DNA of 26,219 bases from Erysipelotrichaceae bacterium. Its GTDB lineage: Bacteria > Bacillota_I > Bacilli_A > Erysipelotrichales > Coprobacillaceae. The stretch lies in NCBI GenBank assembly GCA_028698185.1, contig JAQVDW010000021.1:1-26219 (forward strand). Reading direction: 5' to 3'. The notes below the pieces were generated by a model. The model was not told the origin of the DNA, did not search any database, and saw nothing but the letters and a program-made list of their open reading frames with translations. Every line of letters begins with the position of its first letter. The stretch's first letter is position 1. This document shows positions 16,426 to 26,219 of the stretch, piece by piece. The position numbers and the translations under genes are program-made.

Positions 16426-17286
16426 TTACTCCTTGTTAATGCTGTCTAATATGTAATCTACCGCAGCTGCGAACCCGTGTTCTTCGCAACTGCATGTGAC
16501 GTGGAATGCCTTATCCTTGATTGAAGCAATTCCAGAATTTGGAGCAAAGGAATAATCGAACAATTCAAACATGCTTATATCGTTATAACTGTCGCCCACG
16601 ATCGCTATTTCGTCTTTATTCAACCCTTTTAATTTGGCAACTTTTTCAAGAATTACGCCTTTTTGCGCATCAATATGTGTTATTTCGACATTGTCTTCGA
16701 AGGATGAAAGTGCCACAATATCATTGATATTTCTTACCTGGTCTTTTACTGTTTGCAACAAATCCGCATCAAGTGAGAATATTTCAAATTTTATTACCTT
16801 AAGACTGTCACTCAGCCATGAATCAAGATCCTCAATGACTTTGACGTTCATAAATGGCATATTTTCCAACTCGAGTTCTCTTTGAATTTCAGGATTGAAG
16901 TGTGCCTTAACCCGCTCCAAAAATTCCTCTTTTGCACGATCAGGATTTAGTGAGAAGAGCCCCTCACTGGTTACAATCATATGGGCGATATTTGTTCTGT
17001 TCAAAACATCGACAACCCCTGCGACCTGCTTCGATTCCATAAGGTGTTCCATGATTATATTTTCTTTCTTATCATAATATTGGGCACCACTGCAACACAG
17101 GTATTCGAGTTCAAGATTGACATCCTTTAAAGTATCTTTTGCATGGATGTAATCGCGCCCGGTTGCGACTCCGAATTCTATATTATTCTTATGCAGTTTA
17201 TCAATGGCGGCAAGATTCTCTTTGCTGATGGACTTGCCGTTGGCAACAAGAGTGCCATCAATGTCGCTGATTACCAATTTTATCAT
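16426..17286 (-). CDS. Cof-type HAD-IIB phosphatase
   Basis: HAD motifs DIDGTL (motif I), ATGR (motif II) and GDSYNDISMF (motif IV), plus a Cof-type cap. RBS GGAGGGG. Confidence 0.88.
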   Translation of the reverse strand: MIKLVISDIDGTLVANGKSISKENLAAIDKLHKNNIEFGVATGRDYIHAKDTLKDVNLELEYLCCSGAQYYDKKENIIMEHLMESKQVAGVVDVLNRTNIAHMIVTSEGLFSLNPDRAKEEFLERVKAHFNPEIQRELELENMPFMNVKVIEDLDSWLSDSLKVIKFEIFSLDADLLQTVKDQVRNINDIVALSSFEDNVEITHIDAQKGVILEKVAKLKGLNKDEIAIVGDSYNDISMFELFDYSFAPNSGIASIKDKAFHVTCSCEEHGFAAAVDYILDSINKE

Positions 17287-17373
17287 ATATTCCCCTCCAC
17301 AAAATTAAATTTATATATCCGATCTTATTCTAGCCAAAACAGCCATATATATCGTGAATATTTCATTATTTGT

Positions 17374-17403
17374 AAAAAAAAATACAGTTATTTAAAATAA
17401 CTG
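17374..17403 (-). terminator. rho-independent terminator after gyrA
   Basis: Minus strand CAGTTATTT-T-AAATAACTG (17385-17403, AT-rich stem), followed by T(A)TTTTTTTTT (plus-strand A-run 17374-17382). Confidence 0.7.
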
Positions 17404-17414
17404 CATTAGTTTTA

Positions 17415-19877
17415 CTAATTATCTTCATTACTATCATCTTCAGATTCGTCGCTTTTTGCAACAACCTCAATAGAAGAAACTTCATTGTCATCATCGACTC
17501 TGATCAGCCTGACACCTTGTGTCGCTCTACCGGACATTTTTACCTGATCTAATGGCAATCTAATTATTACGCCATTAGTTGTGATAATCAACAAATCTCC
17601 AAGACCATGGACCGCTCTAATGGCGACCAATTGTCCATTCTTGTCGGTAATATTTACAGTCTTGACACCTTTACCACCGCGATTAGACAAGCGATACTCC
17701 TCTATAGGGCTCATTTTTCCATAACCTTTGGAAGTTAAAACCATAAGGTATTCGCCTTCGCTGTCAGTTGTAACACCGATGACATGTCCTCCATCAACAT
17801 TGATCCCTTTGACTCCTGAAGCACTGCGGCCCATCGGGCGGACTTGCGTTTCATTGAAACGGACCAATTTGCCCAAATTCGAAGCCATTAAAATCTCATT
17901 TTCACCGCTAGTAAGCTTTACGTCGACCAATTCATCATCTTCTTTCAAAGTGATTGCGATTTTCCCATTCTGACGGATATTGTCAAATTCATCCAATACT
18001 ACCCTTTTCACCAGGCCGTTGCGGGTTACAAAGAATAGATATTTATTTTTATCGCCGTCATCGGTGCTGTCTGCAGCGATTGAAATCATCGATTTCACAG
18101 TTTCATTCGCATCCAGATTCAACAGATTGACAACTGGCAAACCTTTGGCTGTTCGGCCATATTCAGGAACATTGTATCCTTTGATTCGGTAGACCCGTCC
18201 CAGGTTGGTAAAGAATAACAAATAATCGTGAGTTGACATATTCATTAAACTGTCGACAATGTCATCGTTGGTTGTTGCCATCGCCTTGACACCTTTGCCA
18301 CCCCTATTTTGAGATTTATACGTATCCACCGGCATTCTTTTAATATAACCGTTGTTGGTCAATGATATTATGATATCTTCTTCTGGAATAAGATCTTCGT
18401 CTTCTAGATCAAATGAACCTTGGATGATTTCCGTTCTTCTTGGATCACCATATTTTTCCTTTGCCTGTTCCAATTCCTCATAAATGATATTCAAAAGACG
18501 CTCTTTATTAAGTAGGATGTCTTTTAAATCCGCAATTAGTTCAAGCAACTGGTTCAATTCATTTTCCAGTTTTTCTCTTTCCAACCCCGCAAGCCGTTGC
18601 AACTGCATCTCACGGATCGCTTTTGCCTGCTTTTCCGACATTGCAAATTCATCCATCAATCTTTGCTGAATTATATCAGTCGTACGAGACGATCTGATCA
18701 ATTCGATAATGGCATCTATATTGTCAATTGCGGTTTTCAAACCTTCCAGAATGTGGGCTCTTGCTTCAGCTTTTTCAAGTTCGAATTTGATACGTCTGGT
18801 TACAACTTCTTCCTGGTGCTCCAAGTAAAGAGTTATCAACTCCTTCAAATTCAGTTTCTTAGGTTCATTGTTGACCAAAGCGATTGAATTCACTCCAAAA
18901 GTTGTTTGCAAGGCCGAAAGTTTATATAACTGATTCAACAATACCTCAGGTTGGATATCCCGGCGCAATTCTATTACGATCCGGATCCCTTCACGGTTTG
19001 ACTCATCCCGCAAATCGGTTATCCCTTCGATTTTCTTGTCTTTTACCAGCTGGGATATCTTTTCAATAAGCCGGGCTTTGTTGACTTGATAAGGGATTTC
19101 CGTCACGATGATTATCGGCTTATTGTTCTTGTATTCGATATCGCATCGAGCACGCATAATAACCAGGCCATTGCCGGTTTCATAAGCCTTTTTGATTGCC
19201 GATTTTCCTAGAATCAATGCTCCTGTAGGAAAATCAGGACCCTGGATGTATTCTTCCATCAGTTCAGTAATTGTTATGTCAGGATTCTTTGCGACCGCAA
19301 TTATCGCATTAACAACCTCAACCAAATTGTGAGGAGGTATGTTTGTCGCCATCCCGACGGCGATTCCCGTTGTTCCATTTACAAGCAGATTGGGAATGCG
19401 GGCAGGCAATACAACCGGCTCTTGTTCTTCTCCGTCGTAATTTGGAATGAAATCGATAGTATTCTTATCGATATCCTTGACCAATTCCATCGATATTTTT
19501 GACATTCTCGCTTCAGTGTAACGCTGTGCTGCCGCGCCATCGCCATCGATAGAACCAAAGTTCCCATGCCCGTCAACAAGCATGTAACGGTATGAGAAAT
19601 CCTGAGCCATTCTTACCAAAGCTTCATAGATTGAAGAATCGCCATGGGGATGATATTTACCCATTACTTCCCCGACAATACGGGCTGATTTTTTGTAAGG
19701 TGTGCTGGCTCTACAGCCCAAATCATTCATCCCGTAGATAATCCGGCGTTGGACCGGCTTCAATCCATCACGGACATCTGGCAGCGCTCTTTGAACGATA
19801 ACAGACATTGCATATTCCATGAAGGAATTCTTCATCTCAGATGTAAGGTTAACTTTTCTAATTCCATGTTCTTCCAT
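17415..19877 (-). CDS. gyrA: DNA gyrase subunit A
   Basis: Motifs [19 protein letters not shown] and [11 protein letters not shown] (catalytic Tyr), a C-terminal beta-pinwheel repeat region and an acidic tail. Confidence 0.98.
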   Translation of the reverse strand: MEEHGIRKVNLTSEMKNSFMEYAMSVIVQRALPDVRDGLKPVQRRIIYGMNDLGCRASTPYKKSARIVGEVMGKYHPHGDSSIYEALVRMAQDFSYRYMLVDGHGNFGSIDGDGAAAQRYTEARMSKISMELVKDIDKNTIDFIPNYDGEEQEPVVLPARIPNLLVNGTTGIAVGMATNIPPHNLVEVVNAIIAVAKNPDITITELMEEYIQGPDFPTGALILGKSAIKKAYETGNGLVIMRARCDIEYKNNKPIIIVTEIPYQVNKARLIEKISQLVKDKKIEGITDLRDESNREGIRIVIELRRDIQPEVLLNQLYKLSALQTTFGVNSIALVNNEPKKLNLKELITLYLEHQEEVVTRRIKFELEKAEARAHILEGLKTAIDNIDAIIELIRSSRTTDIIQQRLMDEFAMSEKQAKAIREMQLQRLAGLEREKLENELNQLLELIADLKDILLNKERLLNIIYEELEQAKEKYGDPRRTEIIQGSFDLEDEDLIPEEDIIISLTNNGYIKRMPVDTYKSQNRGGKGVKAMATTNDDIVDSLMNMSTHDYLLFFTNLGRVYRIKGYNVPEYGRTAKGLPVVNLLNLDANETVKSMISIAADSTDDGDKNKYLFFVTRNGLVKRVVLDEFDNIRQNGKIAITLKEDDELVDVKLTSGENEILMASNLGKLVRFNETQVRPMGRSASGVKGINVDGGHVIGVTTDSEGEYLMVLTSKGYGKMSPIEEYRLSNRGGKGVKTVNITDKNGQLVAIRAVHGLGDLLIITTNGVIIRLPLDQVKMSGRATQGVRLIRVDDDNEVSSIEVVAKSDESEDDSNEDN

Positions 19878-19887
19878 CTATACTCTC

Positions 19888-22871
<2,984 letters not shown>

Positions 22872-22882
<11 letters not shown>

Positions 22883-23087
22883 GCACAACTAGATACTTTT
22901 GGCCTTCAAATTCCACAATATCATTTTCACGCAATTTCTTGCCTCTCATATAGCAAACTTCATTGTTTACTGAAACAAGTCCATCTTGGATAATGAATTT
23001 GGCAATGTTGCCGCTATCTGCAATGCCTGAAAATTTCAAAAATTGTCCCAAAGTAATATATTCATCTTTAATAAATACTTTCTCCAT
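22872..23087 (-). CDS. yaaA: S4-like RNA-binding protein YaaA/RlbA
   Basis: A 71-aa S4-fold protein in the conserved dnaN-yaaA-recF position. RBS AAGAGGA. Confidence 0.85.
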
Positions 23088-23112
23088 AATTTATCCTCTT
23101 TTCAACTACTAG

Positions 23113-23121
23113 ATTATATCA
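23113..23121 (-). promoter_or_regulatory. extended -10 promoter of yaaA-recF-gyrB-gyrA
   Basis: Minus strand TGATATAAT (TGnTATAAT), about 25 nt upstream of ATG 23087. Confidence 0.55.
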
Positions 23122-23245
23122 TAATTATCAATAAAAGGCATTAAATATCCTTATTTTAGCTAAAATTCTTTTAACGGATAGGGATATCATATATATGCTA
23201 AATTCCCTTAAATCGCAAATATGGTCAAAATAGCGATTTCCACAT

Positions 23246-23274
23246 AAAAAAAACACCTGAAAAGCGCAGGTGTT
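23246..23274 (-). terminator. rho-independent terminator after dnaN
   Basis: Minus strand AACACCTG-CGCTTTT-CAGGTGTT (23267-23274 / 23252-23259), followed by TTTTTTT. Confidence 0.85.
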
Positions 23275-23282
23275 TGAAAAAT

Positions 23283-24398
23283 CTAATAAGAATGAGTTCG
23301 AACCGGCAATATCAACTCGATCAACGAATCATCTTCAGCCATTTTCAAGATGAATGGACGCATTTCACCAGGGAAGCACAATTTGATTTTACCTTTGTCT
23401 AATACCTTAATGGCATCGGAAATATATTTGTTATCAAATGTAATTGAAAGTGGTTCACCTTTATAAAAGCACTCTGTAATGGTATCTTCAACGGACCCGA
23501 TTTCCTGCATAAAAGAAGACAGGATTACTCGGTCATTATTCATATCAAGTTTGATCACGTTGTTTTGTTCATTAGTAAGCAGTGACACACGAGAAATAGA
23601 ATTCGAAATCAGACTGCTGTCAATTGTCAGCTCATGAGCGAACTGGGTTGGAATAAGGCTAGACACATCAGGGAAAGATCCATCGATCAACCGTGTCAGG
23701 ATAATATTGTTTTCAAAAATGAAAATAACGCTTCTTTCAGAAACATATATATTCACATTATCTTGATTTTCAATTATTTTAGAAATATCATCAAGAGATT
23801 TGGCTGGAATAGTTATATCAAAAGTGATGTCACTATCAATCTTGACTGATTTTTTTGAAAGACGGTATGAATTTGTTCCGATAGCAACCAATTCATTGTC
23901 TTTGGCAATCAAGTTTATTCCGGTCAATATTGGACGATTCTCTTTTTCGCTGGCAGCAAAACGGGTGTCATTGATCAATTCTTTTAATTCAATACTATCC
24001 ATTATAAATGGCATACCTTTTGGGATAAGATCGATTTGTGGATAATCCATAGGATCAGTACCATTCAAATTGAATTCAGAATTACCACCCGAAATTCTCG
24101 TCAAGAACCCGTCGATAATTTCAAATTCAACAATATCGGAATCAAGCTTTCTGATAATTTCCAAAATATATTTGGCAGATAGTACGACACTGCCAGTATC
24201 AATGATCTCCAAATTGTTGTCGGCTTCTATCTTGACTTGAATGGCAATATTTTGCTCACTTGCAGTCAATTGCAGAAAAGTCGGATATAGATCAAATTTG
24301 ATACCAGTTAAGGCTGGCAAGGGTGTTTTATAGCTAACTGCTTTAGATACTTTGGATAATGAATTCAATAAAATGATACGATTAACTTTAAAATTCAT
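23283..24398 (-). CDS. dnaN: DNA polymerase III beta sliding clamp
   Basis: A 371-aa three-domain clamp in the conserved position after dnaA. RBS GAGAGG. Confidence 0.96.
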   Translation of the reverse strand: MNFKVNRIILLNSLSKVSKAVSYKTPLPALTGIKFDLYPTFLQLTASEQNIAIQVKIEADNNLEIIDTGSVVLSAKYILEIIRKLDSDIVEFEIIDGFLTRISGGNSEFNLNGTDPMDYPQIDLIPKGMPFIMDSIELKELINDTRFAASEKENRPILTGINLIAKDNELVAIGTNSYRLSKKSVKIDSDITFDITIPAKSLDDISKIIENQDNVNIYVSERSVIFIFENNIILTRLIDGSFPDVSSLIPTQFAHELTIDSSLISNSISRVSLLTNEQNNVIKLDMNNDRVILSSFMQEIGSVEDTITECFYKGEPLSITFDNKYISDAIKVLDKGKIKLCFPGEMRPFILKMAEDDSLIELILPVRTHSY

Positions 24399-24538
24399 GT
24401 TGTCGCCTCTCTTTATATATATTATTTAATAATAGTTAATTATTATTATTATAGTGTGACTTTTGTGACTAAGTGAAATTCGGTCGATTTTATCGACATA
24501 AACGATGTGATTTTCAATTGGGCCTAAATTGTGACTAA
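24399..24538. other. oriC part 2 (dnaA-dnaN spacer): DnaA-box pair, trinucleotide repeats and the AT-rich unwinding element
   Basis: Abutting boxes TGTGACTTT (24455-24463) and TGTGACTAA (24464-24472); further boxes TGTGATTTT (24506-24514) and TGTGACTAA (24530-24538, overlapping the dnaA stop). (TTA)x4 at 24440-24451 sits next to the box pair. A nearly pure A/T tract spans about 24413-24453. Confidence 0.8.
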
Positions 24539-25869
24539 AGAACTCCGAGGCGTTCTTTTATCTGGTTCAAAGCTTTTTTATATTCGACATCTTTTTTCAA
24601 TTTCGTCTCTACACGCTTGCAAGCTTTCATTACAGTTGAGTGGTCCCTACCTGAATAAATAAGCCCGATTTCTACAAAAGTGAGATCCAGTTGTTCTCTC
24701 ATGAGATACATGCCCATTTCTCTTGGAATTGTAAGCATTCTCTTCTTGTTTTTAGATATCACTTGAGATGTAAGCAAATTATAATACTCAGCAGTTGTTT
24801 TCAATATGGACTCACTTGAAAGTTCTCTTTTAGTGGCGCTTATAGTGACTTTATCATCTTTAAAAGCCTCCAATGCCAGATCCATATTTATCTTGTCTGC
24901 ATGGTAAATGATGCTTACAAAGAACAATCTTTTCAGCGCACCTTCTAGATTTCGGATATCTCTTCCATAATTAGTTACCATAAAGTCAACGACATCGTCG
25001 CTGATTTGAATTTGGCTGTTTTCCAGGTTATCAATCTTCTTTTTCAATATAGCTCGTGCCGTGTCAAAATTCGGCGGTTCAATTCCATAGGAAAGGCCCG
25101 ATTTGAATCGGCTGATCAAGCGATCTTCGATACCGTTCAATTCATCAGGCATCTTGTCACTTGTAATCACAATTTGTCGATTATTGGCGATTAAATCATT
25201 AAAAATATGGAAGAACATTTCGCTGCTTTTATCCTTGTTGAAAAGAAATTGAATATCATCAATCAAAAGGATATTGATTTTTTTATAGCGGCTTAACAAT
25301 TCATCGGATTTCTTATTTTTGATGGAATTAACTACCTCATCAACAAACTCTTTTGAAGTAATATATCTTATTTTAAGATCACTGTTCTTGCTATAGGCAA
25401 AGTTACCGATTGCGTGGAGAAGATGGGTTTTTCCCAATCCGGGATTCGAATATATGAAGAGTGGATTGAAAGTCGAACCTGGGTTCAAGGCAACGTGCAG
25501 CGCCGCATTTTGGGCGAACTGGTTTGATGATCCGACTACGAAGTTGTCGAACGTCAATTCTGGGTTGATGTTGCTTTCAAATACCTCATTATTCTGCAAT
25601 TTGGTATAGTCATCGCTAGACATTACTTTAAGAGCTATATTAGTAGAAAGAAGACGTGATAAAATTGTTTCGATTTGATCACTGTATTTGAGAATATTGT
25701 GAATAACCATATTAAAACGATGGGTAATCGTAACAATATTGTTATCTATAGCCACAATTGATGCGGTCCTAAGATAAGAGTCAAAAATGATCTTCTCTTC
25801 TGGCTGGTCATCAATCGAATGCTCCAATTCATCCAAACACAAATGCCAAATTTTATCATAGTCATTCAT
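24535..25869 (-). CDS. dnaA: chromosomal replication initiator protein DnaA
   Basis: AAA+ motifs GLGKTHLL and LLIDDIQF; domain IV signature GRDHSTVMKA; 444 aa. RBS GGGGG is 8 nt upstream. Confidence 0.98.
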   Translation of the reverse strand: MNDYDKIWHLCLDELEHSIDDQPEEKIIFDSYLRTASIVAIDNNIVTITHRFNMVIHNILKYSDQIETILSRLLSTNIALKVMSSDDYTKLQNNEVFESNINPELTFDNFVVGSSNQFAQNAALHVALNPGSTFNPLFIYSNPGLGKTHLLHAIGNFAYSKNSDLKIRYITSKEFVDEVVNSIKNKKSDELLSRYKKINILLIDDIQFLFNKDKSSEMFFHIFNDLIANNRQIVITSDKMPDELNGIEDRLISRFKSGLSYGIEPPNFDTARAILKKKIDNLENSQIQISDDVVDFMVTNYGRDIRNLEGALKRLFFVSIIYHADKINMDLALEAFKDDKVTISATKRELSSESILKTTAEYYNLLTSQVISKNKKRMLTIPREMGMYLMREQLDLTFVEIGLIYSGRDHSTVMKACKRVETKLKKDVEYKKALNQIKERLGVL

Positions 25870-26219
25870 GTTTTCTACCCCCTACAAGGAGAATTATATA
25901 TGTTATTCACATCAAAATAAAGGCATTTTTTGGTAGTCACAACTTATCCACAACAAAGTCACAAAAAAAAGGCGAGGATTACTTGCTTAAGTATATTTAT
26001 TCACAAAAGTCACAAAATACAAAATGGGGATGGAATTTAGGCACAGTGAACAATATGGAATAAGTGAATGTGCCCAAACAAATAGAACATCTAAAGTCAC
26101 AAAAAAAGTGGCGCTGTTTTCATGTAAAATAAATTAATTCACACTAATTCACATAACTTAAAATCAAAAAATCACAAAATTGCAGAAAATCACATTGTGA
26201 AGAAATTATGTTGAATCCG
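25870..26219. other. oriC part 1 / dnaA promoter region: cluster of at least 11 co-oriented DnaA-box-like 9-mers
   Basis: Plus-strand boxes: TTATTCACA 25903 and 25997; GTAGTCACA 25933; TTATCCACA 25944 (the only perfect consensus); AAAGTCACA 25955, 26006 and 26093; TAATTCACA 26135 and 26145; AAAATCACA 26168 and 26186. One reversed box, TGTGAAGAA, is at 26196. A minus-strand -10 TATAAT (about 25893-25898) lies just downstream of the 25903 box. There is no ORF here. Confidence 0.8.

Noticed and set aside
6798-19579. Minus-strand out-of-frame ORFs 6798-7016 (72 aa), 15468-15806 (112 aa) and 19379-19579 (66 aa)
   Set aside because: They are nested in alternative frames of ricT, the MFS gene and gyrA respectively. 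None has an RBS or recognisable homology. The host frames carry the conserved motifs.

Overview
This is an AT-rich, origin-proximal chromosome segment from a low-GC Gram-positive-type bacterium. Gene order is Bacillus-like. TGA is used as a stop (yitJ-like, tmk, recR, tadA), so the standard code applies and a Mycoplasma/Spiroplasma-type code is excluded. The SRP RNA is the minimal 4.5S type. The taxon cannot be fixed from the sequence; a reduced Firmicute such as an Erysipelotrichia- or Acholeplasma-like organism is plausible. All 25 well-supported protein genes lie on the minus strand, co-directional with forks leaving the oriC at the right end. From right to left they are: dnaA-dnaN-yaaA-recF-gyrB-gyrA; a HAD phosphatase, MFS transporter and acyl-ACP thioesterase; serS; a GNAT; ffs (SRP RNA, hidden under an over-extended ORF call); tadA; dnaX-recR; tmk-holB-ricT-yabB-rsmI; and a three-gene cobalamin-dependent methionine operon (stand-alone MetH reactivation domain, truncated MetH, YitJ-like Hcy-methyltransferase/MTHFR fusion). 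I found no mobile elements, CRISPR arrays, defence or toxin genes, or unassigned large ORFs. This is a housekeeping region and I do not think it hides a novel multi-gene system. Several things are missed by the ORF track: (1) two perfect parS sites embedded in a 25-nt exact inverted repeat, one inside dnaX; (2) the SRP RNA and its promoter; (3) a bipartite oriC whose dominant repeat is a non-canonical (A/T)(A/T)AGTCACA / AAAATCACA box family, with only one perfect TTATCCACA; (4) a 15/16 match to the Noc-binding site inside the yitJ-like gene; (5) a met operon with a near-consensus promoter and no room for an S-box or T-box leader; (6) ten ORF-track starts that are over-extended upstream; (7) loss of the small Bacillus-synteny genes (ybaB, yabA and others). 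All coordinates were derived by hand from the printed sequence.
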